DNA from: Desulfobacteraceae bacterium
GTDB taxonomy: Bacteria > Desulfobacterota > Desulfobacteria > Desulfobacterales > Desulfatirhabdiaceae
Length of the DNA stretch: 64,000 bases
Direction: 5' to 3'
Assembly: GCA_037442625.1 (NCBI GenBank)
Contig: JBBIPX010000001.1
Location: forward strand, 2,499 to 66,498
Part shown: piece by piece, positions 54,710-63,604 of the stretch
How the letters are laid out: each line of letters begins with the position of its first letter
Position numbering within the stretch: the first letter of the stretch is position 1
Program-made: the position numbers and the translations under genes
Notes under the pieces: model-generated
What the model saw: the letters and a program-made list of their open reading frames with translations, nothing else
Database searches by the model: none
What the model was told of the DNA's origin: nothing

Positions 54710-55834
54710 TCACATGAGTTCCAGTTTGGCCTGCAGTGCGCCGGCCGCCTGCAGTGCCTGAAAGATGGAAATCAAATCGCGCGGCGTGACCCCCAGAGCA
54801 TTCAGGGCCCGGACGATTTCCCCGATACTGGCGCCTGCCTCCAGCATGAAGACCGGTGCTTTTTCTTCTTTTACCGCAAGACTCGTATTGGGAGTCGTCA
54901 CGGTCTGCCCCTGGGAAAACGGCAGGGGCTGCGAAACATCGGCCGTTTCCTTGATCTGTATGCTCAGATTCCCATGAGCAATGGCGACTTTCGAGATCCG
55001 GACATTTTCGCCGATGACGACCGTACCGGTGCGTTCATTCACGACCACCTTCGCTTCCACATCCGGAGTCACCCCCAAGGACTCAATGGCGGTAACAAAA
55101 CCGACGACATTATCCGCATATCTCTGAGGAACAAGAACGTCGATGCTGCCTGAATCCGATGTTTTGGCGATATGAGCCGAAAAAGCCGCATTGATGGATT
55201 CCGCAACCCGCGTGGCCGTCGTGAAATCCTGATGGTTCAGCGTAAGCACCAGGCTTTCCTTGTTCCCGAATCCGGTTGACACTTCTTTTTCAATCAGAGC
55301 ACCGCCGGCAACCCGGCCCACGGTCGGGAAGTTTTTCTGTGCGCTGGCGCCCGCACCGGTGGCGGCAAACCCGCCGGTGCTGATCGCTCCCTGGGCGATG
55401 GCATATGTCTGGCCGTCCGCGGCCTTCATGGGGGTAAACAGCAGGGTCCCGCCCTGCAGGTCTTTTGCATCGCCAATCGAGCTGACCGTCACATCCATTC
55501 TTGTGCCCGGTCTGGCAAACGGCTGCATATCGGCCGTAATCATTACGGCTGCAACATTTTTCACCTTGATATCAAGTGAATTCACCGTGATCCCCATTTT
55601 CTCGAGCATACTGACCAGGGACTGAAGCGTGAATCTGGTTTTATCCCCGTCACCGGTGCCGTTCAAACCCACAACCAGACCATAGCCCACGAGTTGATTC
55701 TGACGAACGCCCTGGATTTGGGTGATGTCCTTGATTCTGGCCGCGCCGGCGTTCATCGCAAGACAAAGGAGGATCGCCAGGGCGGCCGCCGCCCGGACCC
55801 GGATCGATTGAGATGTTGTGAATGATTTTTTCAT
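54710..55834 (-). CDS. flgI: Flagellar P-ring protein
   Basis: Signal peptide followed by RIKDITQIQGVRQNQLVGYGLVVGLNGTGD. Family similarity runs along the full length. Confidence 0.95.
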   Translation of the reverse strand: MKKSFTTSQSIRVRAAAALAILLCLAMNAGAARIKDITQIQGVRQNQLVGYGLVVGLNGTGDGDKTRFTLQSLVSMLEKMGITVNSLDIKVKNVAAVMITADMQPFARPGTRMDVTVSSIGDAKDLQGGTLLFTPMKAADGQTYAIAQGAISTGGFAATGAGASAQKNFPTVGRVAGGALIEKEVSTGFGNKESLVLTLNHQDFTTATRVAESINAAFSAHIAKTSDSGSIDVLVPQRYADNVVGFVTAIESLGVTPDVEAKVVVNERTGTVVIGENVRISKVAIAHGNLSIQIKETADVSQPLPFSQGQTVTTPNTSLAVKEEKAPVFMLEAGASIGEIVRALNALGVTPRDLISIFQALQAAGALQAKLELM

Positions 55835-55866
55835 GGAATCACCGTACCGTCACCTTTTAATCGCCG

Positions 55867-56703
55867 CTAGAACGGCGAGACGACATCCAGAAGATTGCTG
55901 AACCAGCCTTTGTGCTGCTGTTCATTTACAATGCCCGTTCCGCTGTAAGCGATTTTGGCATCGGAAATGTATGTTGAGAGAACCACATTTTCAGATGAAA
56001 TATCCCTGGACCGGATCACGCCGCTGACCATAATCAGTTGGGTTTCATTATTGACGATGATTTGCCTGGAACCGGATATGGCCAGATTCCCGCTCGGCAA
56101 TACCCCCACCACCCGCGTGGTGATATAGGCATTCAAGTCGCCGCTCCGGCTTGTTCCACCCGTACCCGAGAATTTGGTGGTCCCCGAGCCGGCAATTTTG
56201 CCGAAAGGATTCGCCCATTGACCCGATGTGAAGTTGTTTTCAAGGCCCAACAAATTGGTCATGCCAAGAGACAGGGATGAATCCCTGCCGGTACTGGTTG
56301 TGGCCTTGTTGGAGCCGGTTGAGGACTCCACGATTTTGATGGTCACGATATCCCCGACCCGTCTGGCCTTCGGGTTGATAAAGAGCTCTCCCATGGTTCC
56401 GGTGTCCTGCCACAAAGACCCTTCTACGGCGGGCTGCGGTGTTTCAGCAGACACAAATTGCGGCGATTGCCGGTTTTCAGCCATCGGCTGGATCTGTTTT
56501 ATGGGCGCGGCGCACCCGCAGAGAAATCCCAGCATCAGCAAAAACAGGCAGCCTGCTTTGACAACCGGAAAGTGCAATGTGCGCAGATCGCAGTCTGTTC
56601 GAAAAAAGGCATTCGCGATCTTTCCATCCGCGCATTTCGCGCATTCAGGATCTTGCGAATCGGTTTTCTGCAACCCGAAGACCAAATGCGGTTGAATCGT
56701 CAT
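55867..56703 (-). CDS. flgH: Flagellar L-ring lipoprotein
   Basis: Lipobox-like LGFLCGC, then SLWQD...RRVGDIVTIKIVE...TNLLG...ISGSRQI are FlgH hallmarks. I chose the ATG at 56703, 8 nt after GGGGAGG. This leaves about 50 aa before the signal peptide. Confidence 0.8.
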   Translation of the reverse strand: MTIQPHLVFGLQKTDSQDPECAKCADGKIANAFFRTDCDLRTLHFPVVKAGCLFLLMLGFLCGCAAPIKQIQPMAENRQSPQFVSAETPQPAVEGSLWQDTGTMGELFINPKARRVGDIVTIKIVESSTGSNKATTSTGRDSSLSLGMTNLLGLENNFTSGQWANPFGKIAGSGTTKFSGTGGTSRSGDLNAYITTRVVGVLPSGNLAISGSRQIIVNNETQLIMVSGVIRSRDISSENVVLSTYISDAKIAYSGTGIVNEQQHKGWFSNLLDVVSPF

Positions 56704-56738
56704 CACAGCACCTCCCCAAGCAAAACGGCCGCGGCCCG

Positions 56739-57800
56739 TCAAAATTCCACCCGGACCGTTTTCGGGTCCAGAACCCTGGCAAAAATTTCCTTGTTTGAAT
56801 TCAGATTGATCACCTTGACACGATCTCCCCTGCCCCCGCTTTCCCTGACTTCTCCCGCGGCCGTAATTCTTAAGGTTTCAGACTCGGCGACAATGGATAC
56901 CCTGTCGTTGCGTTTGACCATGGGCGGCAGTTCAACAATATCGGTTCGCAAAACTTCTTTCGGATTCATGGCTCTCAGCGCCCTTTTCCCCACCACATCC
57001 GAAAGCGCCGAGATATAATTGGAGGGCAGGTCCGCCATATCCATCGAGACGACATCCACATCGCCTTTTTCAATGGCCTGGTTCCGGTTCAGGGGTTTCT
57101 GAAGAACGACGACATCTGTTTCAACGTCGATCCGGACACTTGCCCATGCCTTTATGGAAGGCTGGCCCGGAACATCAAAGACAACGCCGAGCTGAACATT
57201 TCCCAGGTACCGGGTTCTGACGGGCGGAATCACTTTGCAGGTATAGGGCTTGTCCGGAAGAAACAGGTTTTCGCTGGCCTGAACAAGCTTCACCGTCGTC
57301 CGGTTTTTATCCCAGGGAAGATTATTGTCCAGAAAAGACAGGACGATATCCTCAATCGTTTTTCTGGATATTTCAATTGATTTTGTCGTAACTTCAATGA
57401 GTTCAGGCGACTGAAGCGCAATTTTCGACAGATCCGCCCGGCTTTGTTGCAGGCGGATGCGAATATACGGTTCATCAAAACTCCGGCGTTTGCCTGGCGG
57501 CGCAGCGGCTCCGATCACCAGATTTTGCAGCTTTTGAATCAGGGCGGGGTCCCCGCCGCGAATTTCCGCTATGTCGCCGAGACGGACATCCGCATCGCCT
57601 GTTTCGGACTTGCCGGAAATGCTTATCGTGGTAATATCGGATTGAGCGGTTTCACCGGTTTTTTCCGAAGAAAGCAGGATGGCCAGCATCCCCAGCAAGA
57701 CCGCCCCGGCCCGTAACTTCCCCGGCCGCCGCCGTCTGGCGGAAATTTCCGACATCCGATGCTGTTTCCGGACATTTTTCATCGTCATGATTCGCATCAT
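56739..57800 (-). CDS. flgA: Flagellar P-ring assembly chaperone FlgA (long form)
   Basis: The C-terminal SAF/FlgA region (VKRNDRVSIVAESETLRITAAGEVRESGGRGDRVKVINLNSNKEIFARV) fits FlgA. An N-terminal signal anchor is present. 353 aa from the first ATG. Confidence 0.75.
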   Translation of the reverse strand: MMRIMTMKNVRKQHRMSEISARRRRPGKLRAGAVLLGMLAILLSSEKTGETAQSDITTISISGKSETGDADVRLGDIAEIRGGDPALIQKLQNLVIGAAAPPGKRRSFDEPYIRIRLQQSRADLSKIALQSPELIEVTTKSIEISRKTIEDIVLSFLDNNLPWDKNRTTVKLVQASENLFLPDKPYTCKVIPPVRTRYLGNVQLGVVFDVPGQPSIKAWASVRIDVETDVVVLQKPLNRNQAIEKGDVDVVSMDMADLPSNYISALSDVVGKRALRAMNPKEVLRTDIVELPPMVKRNDRVSIVAESETLRITAAGEVRESGGRGDRVKVINLNSNKEIFARVLDPKTVRVEF

Positions 57801-57831
57801 CCCTTATTCGGCATACGCCCATTGCCAGGCG

Positions 57832-58620
57832 CTACCGTTTCAGATTGTTTGCCAACTGCAGCATCTCATCCGCGGCCTGAATGGATTTGCTGTTGATTTC
57901 GTAAGCCCGCTGGGCGGTGATCATGTTGACCATCTCATCCACCACACTGACATTGGACATCTCGAGATTGCCCTGGGACAGGGTGCCCCTGCCGTCCTTG
58001 CCGGCGGTTCCGGTTGTCACTTCTCCGGAGGCCGCGGTTTTCAGGTAAAGATTCCTGCCGATACTGCTGAGCCCGGCCTGATTCGGAAACTGCGCAAGCT
58101 CGATGGTGCCGATCTGCGTGGGCGGCGTCGCCCCCGCGGCAAGCGCGGATACGGTGCCGTCCGTTCCGATGGTTACCGATACGCTGTTATTGGGAACGGT
58201 GATTTCAGGCTCCAGGGGGTAGCCGTCCGAAGTCACGATTTTCCCGTCGCTGTTCAGTTTAAAGGCGCCTGCACGGCTGTAGGCGACTTCTCCATCCGGC
58301 TGCATGATCTGGAAAAAACCGCTCCCTTCAATGGCGATATCCAGCTCGTTTCCGGTATTTTGATAAGTCCCCTGAATAAAGATTTTCTGCGTCGCCACCG
58401 GCCTTGTTCCCTGACCAAGCTGGATTCCGGTCGGGATCTGATTGGCAGATGTTGAAGCAGCCCCTGCCGATCGGAGATTTTGATAGAGAAGATCCTGAAA
58501 ATCCGCCCGGCTGCGCTTGAAGCCGGTTGTGCTGACATTGGCCAGATTGTTTGAAATCACATCAATGTTTAATGACTGCGCCTGCATTCCGGATGCGGCT
58601 ATGGATAAAGCCCGGGACAT
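57832..58620 (-). CDS. flgG: Flagellar distal rod protein
   Basis: [35 protein letters not shown] and the C-terminal [19 protein letters not shown]. Confidence 0.9.
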   Translation of the reverse strand: MSRALSIAASGMQAQSLNIDVISNNLANVSTTGFKRSRADFQDLLYQNLRSAGAASTSANQIPTGIQLGQGTRPVATQKIFIQGTYQNTGNELDIAIEGSGFFQIMQPDGEVAYSRAGAFKLNSDGKIVTSDGYPLEPEITVPNNSVSVTIGTDGTVSALAAGATPPTQIGTIELAQFPNQAGLSSIGRNLYLKTAASGEVTTGTAGKDGRGTLSQGNLEMSNVSVVDEMVNMITAQRAYEINSKSIQAADEMLQLANNLKR

Positions 58621-58714
58621 AATGGCCTCCTTGGGAGTTGTGGACAGCAGGAAATATGCGGATAACCAAAACGCTTGGCCCGCCGGTCAATTCCTGCTTA
58701 TTTCTGTCCGCCGG

Positions 58715-59467
58715 TCAAGACAGTCTTCCTAGATCGTTAACTGCTTTGCCGTTGGTATCATTCAGGGATTGAATGACCTTCAGGTAGGATTCATATCCCC
58801 GCATCACATCGACCATCTCGGTCATCATTTTGATGGAATCCACATTGGATCCTTCAATGACCCCCTGTCGAACCAGGGTATTCAGCGCCGGCGAGCCCTG
58901 ATCATTCGGATCGATCGGGCTGTAGAGGGAATCCCCTTTTTTCAGCAGCCCGTTTTTATTCAAATTGACGATTTTAAGGGCATCCACCTCTGCGCCGTCA
59001 ACACTGACGGCGCCGCCGGCATCCACAAAAACATCATGGCCGGAGATCTGAATTTGGCGCCCGCTCTGGCCGAGAACCGGATATCCCTCCAGGGTAACCA
59101 AGGTTCCATCCGCATTCAGTTCAAAATTCCCTTTTCGTGTGTATTGAACGCCATTCGGCGTCTGAACTGAAAAAAAGCCGTCCCCTTCCAGCCCGATATC
59201 CAGCGCATTCCCGGTTACTTTCAACTGTCCCTGTTCAAAATTGGTAAAGGTTCCGACCGGCAGGCCCGCAAGACTGTCCAGGGGCAATTCTCCGGGAGAG
59301 GCAAAGGGAATGTCCGGGTCACCGGACAATGACAGTGCGGGAATTTGAAACACCCTGTCCTCCTTGAATCCCACGGTGTTGACATTGGCCATGTTGTTGG
59401 ATAAGACCTCCAGCCTCAGTTCCTGAGACCGGGCACCCAGTACAATGCCGTTCATTTCGCTGCTCAT
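58715..59467 (-). CDS. flgF: Flagellar proximal rod protein
   Basis: LEVLSNNMANVNTVGFK at the N-terminus and SNVDSIKMMTEMVDVMRGYE at the C-terminus. It lies upstream of flgG. Confidence 0.8.
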   Translation of the reverse strand: MSSEMNGIVLGARSQELRLEVLSNNMANVNTVGFKEDRVFQIPALSLSGDPDIPFASPGELPLDSLAGLPVGTFTNFEQGQLKVTGNALDIGLEGDGFFSVQTPNGVQYTRKGNFELNADGTLVTLEGYPVLGQSGRQIQISGHDVFVDAGGAVSVDGAEVDALKIVNLNKNGLLKKGDSLYSPIDPNDQGSPALNTLVRQGVIEGSNVDSIKMMTEMVDVMRGYESYLKVIQSLNDTNGKAVNDLGRLS

Positions 59468-59482
59468 GCTGACCTCTCAATA

Positions 59483-59549
59483 AAAAATTCGTAAATTCGC
59501 AAATTGACGAGAAGGGACTGTTCATCAAAACCGGAATTTACGAATTTTT
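59483..59549. repeat. 15-bp perfect inverted repeat (AAAAATTCGTAAATT / AATTTACGAATTTTT) with 37-nt spacer
   Basis: The arms are at 59483-59497 and 59535-59549, read directly. It lies in the gap between the 147-aa gene and flgF. Confidence 0.8.
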
Positions 59550-59559
59550 AATGCACAAA

Positions 59560-60003
59560 CTATGCCAGAGATGATCTTATCATCGGTTCCACTACGTTAT
59601 CCGAGGCCGGATCCGTTTGAATCTGGCGCAAACTGACAATCAGATCGATTTCACACTGGGGAATTTTTATCCGCTCCGCAATCTGATACGGTTCCATTCC
59701 TAGATCCAGAAGCCGCCTGACTTCATCATAGGGATCGGAAGCGGCGCCCCTTTGCCCGCCTGCAGCGATATCCATCCGGCAGTCATTTTTTGCCGAAGCC
59801 AGCACCCCGCCGAAAGACATATCCGCGGACAGGTCCATGGGCGTTGCCTTGAAAGGGACGGCGTCTTCCTGAAGGATTGGATCGGACGCCCTGATTGCGG
59901 CGCTGCGTTTCAGTTTGATGAGATACAAGATGGTCAGAACACAGCAGAAAAATCCGGCCGTATCCAGAATGACTTCCCAATTCATGAGTGTCTCATGATT
60001 CAT
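59560..60003 (-). CDS. Hypothetical membrane-anchored protein with C-terminal HTH-like segment (DUF2802-like?)
   Basis: AAGGAA RBS. It has an N-terminal TM helix (AGFFCCVLTILYLI). The C-terminus YDEVRRLLDLGMEPYQIAERIKIPQCEIDLIVSL resembles the small flagellar-cluster proteins found after fliA in other bacteria. Confidence 0.5.
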   Translation of the reverse strand: MNHETLMNWEVILDTAGFFCCVLTILYLIKLKRSAAIRASDPILQEDAVPFKATPMDLSADMSFGGVLASAKNDCRMDIAAGGQRGAASDPYDEVRRLLDLGMEPYQIAERIKIPQCEIDLIVSLRQIQTDPASDNVVEPMIRSSLA

Positions 60004-60024
60004 GGCGTTGTTTCCTTCAATAAA

Positions 60025-60336
60025 TTAAATAACGATATCTATGCGCCTTCCCTGCTCCCTGACGCCGACCCTTGGATGCTTGCAAGCCGGAAAGAACGCT
60101 TCCCTGAAGCTTTCCTCGGGTAATTTCGTCAAGTGAACATCCTCCTGAATCTCTTCGGACAAAAAACGGGGCTCGGGATCCGGATTGCGGCGAGAATCGG
60201 ATTCCGGAGACGTATCGCCGTCTGGCTCCTTTTTTTCATACGGGCGGCGCTGCCGGTCTTTTTGAATCCGCTTTAAACCGGCGGCCGAAGCAATCCCGGA
60301 AAGGTTCTGCTGGCTTTCAATGGAACTTGCATCCAC
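60025..60336 (-). CDS. Hypothetical hydrophilic 103-aa protein
   Basis: A GTG start is preceded by GGAG 7 nt upstream. The sequence is highly charged and looks disordered. No motif recognised. Confidence 0.35.
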   Translation of the reverse strand: MDASSIESQQNLSGIASAAGLKRIQKDRQRRPYEKKEPDGDTSPESDSRRNPDPEPRFLSEEIQEDVHLTKLPEESFREAFFPACKHPRVGVREQGRRIDIVI

Positions 60337-60405
60337 GGCTTTGCTCCAGAAGTCATTTTATTGACGTCCACCCGAAGTTTTTGACATCACCGAGAAAAAC
60401 ACTTT

Positions 60406-61167
60406 TCAATTATCCAGAATTCCGTCCTTGATGAGTCTTTTGCGCAACCGCATAATCACGGCGGAATGGATCTGGGAAATTCTGGATTCGGTTACATTCA
60501 TGACTTCACCGATTTCCTTCAACGTCAGCTCGTCCACATAATACAGTGAAACAACCATTTTTTCCCGCTCGTTCAACGCATCGATGGCTTTTGCAAGCGC
60601 CGTTCGGATTTCCGACGCCCGGGTCAACATCAGCGCGTCCTGATCATTGCCGCTCAGAAAATGGCTGAGCAGCTTTTCCCTTTCATTGCTTGACGGAGAA
60701 TCCATATCATCCAGGCTGACAAATGAAATGCCCGCCAACCGCTGCAAATCATCAAATTCATCCGCGCTCATCCCCAGATCCCGGGCGACTTCCCAGGCCT
60801 CGACCTCCCTGCCGTGTTTTTTTTCCAGAAGGATCCAGGCCTGCTGCATTTCCCGCACTTTCCTTCGATTGCCGCGGGACAGAACATCCCGGGACCGGAG
60901 CTCGCTCAGCACGGCGCCGCGAATACGAAACGATGCAAATGTCGCCAGGGTATTATCCCTTGCGGGGTCATAGCGGTCTATGGACTGGATCAACCCGATC
61001 ACACCGGCGTTCATGAGATCGTCCACGTCCACATGCGCGGGCAGGTGAACAGCCATCCGGTGAACGATGCGTTTGACAAACGGAAGGTATTCCGTAATCA
61101 GCCGGTCCCGCGTCATCGTATCGTCCCTGTAGGGACTTGCAGTCATGTCTGCGACAGATAGGTTCAT
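60406..61167 (-). CDS. fliA: Flagellar sigma factor sigma-28
   Basis: The region 2 (DDLMNAGVIGLIQSIDRYDP...FASFRIRGAVL), region 3 and region 4 (LTLKEIGEVMNVTESRISQIH) patterns fit FliA. Confidence 0.9.
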   Translation of the reverse strand: MNLSVADMTASPYRDDTMTRDRLITEYLPFVKRIVHRMAVHLPAHVDVDDLMNAGVIGLIQSIDRYDPARDNTLATFASFRIRGAVLSELRSRDVLSRGNRRKVREMQQAWILLEKKHGREVEAWEVARDLGMSADEFDDLQRLAGISFVSLDDMDSPSSNEREKLLSHFLSGNDQDALMLTRASEIRTALAKAIDALNEREKMVVSLYYVDELTLKEIGEVMNVTESRISQIHSAVIMRLRKRLIKDGILDN

Positions 61168-61213
61168 ATCGTCTTCTTTATTCAGAGAGCCGTGATCCGG
61201 CGGTCTATTCCGA

Positions 61214-62128
61214 TCAGGGCTTGGTGAAATCCTGATTTCTGGTAATCAGTTCCTGCCAGAAAAGACGGGTGTTTTTGGGGGCGGAGGCGCCCAGCGGCAA
61301 CTGACACAATTTCACGGCCAGGGAATTGAAGCACCTGCTGGCCTGCGTGTCCGGATACAGATCACACACTGCTTTTTGCTGCCTGACCCCGCGCGTCACG
61401 TTTTTATCATAATTGACATGCCCGATATACTCGATAACAATGTCCAGAAATCTTTCCGCAACCAGCTTCAGTTGCCGGTATACTTCCTGGGCTTCCTGAA
61501 TATCGCTGACCATGTTGACCAGCATCTTGAACTGCTTCACGCCGTAGCGGATGGAAAGAATTTTCATCAGGGCATAGGCGTCGGTGATGGAGGTGGGCTC
61601 GGGCGATACCACCACTAGGACTTCCTGCGCGATGGCGTTAAAATACATGACATTCGAGGAAATTCCGGCAGCCGTATCGATCAGAAGGATATCAATGGGA
61701 TCAATCACCGCATACAGTTCGCTCAGAAGATCTGCGGTCTGCGCTTTGGAAAGATTCGCCATTTCCTGGATTCCCGAAGAAGCCGGAAGGATTTTGATAT
61801 TGCAGGGCCCCTCGACAATTATTTCCGAAAGGGTTTTTTCTCCAAGGGCCACATGAGAAAAATTGTATTTGGGACTCAGTCCCAACAGAATATCGAGGTT
61901 CCCCAGTCCCAGATCCGCGTCAAAAATCATGACCTTCTTGCCGAGCCGTGACAGGGAAATGCCGAGATTGGCCACGATATTGGTTTTCCCGACCCCTCCC
62001 TTGCCGCTGGAGATGGCGATGACCCGCGTGCGGGAGTCCTTGTCCGGCCGGGAGGAAGGTTCCACTGCATTTTTGACTGCCAGTTTCCGGGACAGACTGA
62101 TGACATTACTTGTTGAACCTTTCGTCAT
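61214..62128 (-). CDS. flhG: MinD/ParA-family flagellar number regulator FlhG (FleN/YlxH)
   Basis: Deviant Walker A SGKGGVGKTN. It sits between flhF and fliA. Confidence 0.85.
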   Translation of the reverse strand: MTKGSTSNVISLSRKLAVKNAVEPSSRPDKDSRTRVIAISSGKGGVGKTNIVANLGISLSRLGKKVMIFDADLGLGNLDILLGLSPKYNFSHVALGEKTLSEIIVEGPCNIKILPASSGIQEMANLSKAQTADLLSELYAVIDPIDILLIDTAAGISSNVMYFNAIAQEVLVVVSPEPTSITDAYALMKILSIRYGVKQFKMLVNMVSDIQEAQEVYRQLKLVAERFLDIVIEYIGHVNYDKNVTRGVRQQKAVCDLYPDTQASRCFNSLAVKLCQLPLGASAPKNTRLFWQELITRNQDFTKP

Positions 62129-62143
62129 AGGATTACCTTGTCT

Positions 62144-63604
62144 TCAATAATAGTGTCGGCCGTTTCCGACCCGGTGAACTTCGGCCTCGGCCATGTCCTG
62201 GCTTTCCGGAATATGACTGCAGCAGGTTTTGCAAGGGATATATTCCTTTGAAACAGCCTCTTCAAAGCTTTCAAACCCGATACGGTTTTCCGCCCTGATG
62301 CGTTTGGCCCATGCGCATTCGGCGTGATGGAAAAGAATGGAGTTGTGATTGGCCACATAACGCTCCCGGAACCGGGGGGAAGTGTTTTTGTCATACGGAA
62401 TGATTTCCGCTGTTTTCCCGGGTGGCACATGCCAGGGTTTGCTTTCCCTGGCGGGGTTCAGAATCAGCTCCACAATTTTTTCGAGCGTGGCCGGTTCAAG
62501 GCTGTGCGGAATCTCCTGCCCGCCGGCGAAATAGGCAACCGGCAGTTTGGAGCGCATCAACAGATTGAACACATTGCCATAGCTCCGGCTTTCATCCAGT
62601 TTTGTAACGATCAGGCTGGTCACGGACACAGGCCGGTAGGCTTTCACAAGCTGAATCAAATCCTCATTTTTTGTTGAAGCACCGGCCACAAGATACACCG
62701 TAGTCGGGTGGCCATGTTTCAAAATTTCCGACAGATCCGAGATCATCTGTGAATCACGGAATCCCATCCCAGGCGTATCGATGAAGATGTGATCCATTTG
62801 ATCGAAGCGTTCCAGGGCTTCCTTGAATTCCTTGACCGTGCCCGCCGGCTCCACGGGAACGCCGATAATTTTTCCATAAACCTGAAGCTGGGCCGCTGCG
62901 GCCACCCGGTGGGTGTCAAGGGTGATCCAGCCGACTTTTTGCCCAGATTGATGGGTATAGATTGCTGTCAACCGGGCCATGGCGGAAGTTTTCCCGCTCC
63001 CTGCAGGACCGACAAATCCATGAACCTGACGCCGGCGATTGCGGCATTCCGGGATATCGGCGGATATTCCCATTTCCGCAATCACCTTCAGCAGACCCGA
63101 AGAAACGTCCCGGCTCCCCCATTCCATGCTTGAACCGGATTTTTCAGTGAAAAAAGCAAAAAGCTCCTGAATGAAAAAATCCTCCACCCCCTGACGTGCA
63201 AAATGGCTTGTGAATTTCTCCTTGAAGCTTTCATCCGCTTCGCCGGACGCCGCTGCGCGGTTTTTGCGAACAGACAGCGATTTCAAACCCGTCTGGATGG
63301 TGTTCATCAGGCCTTGCCTGCCGGCGGAATCATCAACGCGGACAGAAATTTTCCGCCCTTTCAGAGCGCTGGAAGCGCCCCCTGACGCCTCGGAAACCGC
63401 GTGTGTCTCCAAATCCTGCGTTTCCAAGGCATAGGCGTCGGTTGCGGCCGTCACTTCAATGCCGGCGGGCTTTTTGATGCCGAAAATACTTTTTTCCTTG
63501 CTCAGGCTTCGCGCGGAAAGAATCACCGCATCCGGTCCGTATTCTTTTTTTATCATCCGCAATGCCTCAGACATCGATGGCGCTTCAAATCGTTTAATCT
63601 GCAT
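62144..63604 (-). CDS. flhF: Flagellar SRP-type GTPase FlhF with about 100-aa C-terminal extension carrying an Ada-like Zn-ribbon motif
   Basis: B domain (MQIKRFEAPSMSEALRMIKKEYGPDAVIL) and G domain (GPAGSGKTS, DTPGMG, TKLDES). An extra C-terminus follows: LFHHAECAWAKRIRAENRIGFESFEEAVSKEYIPCKTCC. Confidence 0.85.
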   Translation of the reverse strand: MQIKRFEAPSMSEALRMIKKEYGPDAVILSARSLSKEKSIFGIKKPAGIEVTAATDAYALETQDLETHAVSEASGGASSALKGRKISVRVDDSAGRQGLMNTIQTGLKSLSVRKNRAAASGEADESFKEKFTSHFARQGVEDFFIQELFAFFTEKSGSSMEWGSRDVSSGLLKVIAEMGISADIPECRNRRRQVHGFVGPAGSGKTSAMARLTAIYTHQSGQKVGWITLDTHRVAAAAQLQVYGKIIGVPVEPAGTVKEFKEALERFDQMDHIFIDTPGMGFRDSQMISDLSEILKHGHPTTVYLVAGASTKNEDLIQLVKAYRPVSVTSLIVTKLDESRSYGNVFNLLMRSKLPVAYFAGGQEIPHSLEPATLEKIVELILNPARESKPWHVPPGKTAEIIPYDKNTSPRFRERYVANHNSILFHHAECAWAKRIRAENRIGFESFEEAVSKEYIPCKTCCSHIPESQDMAEAEVHRVGNGRHYY

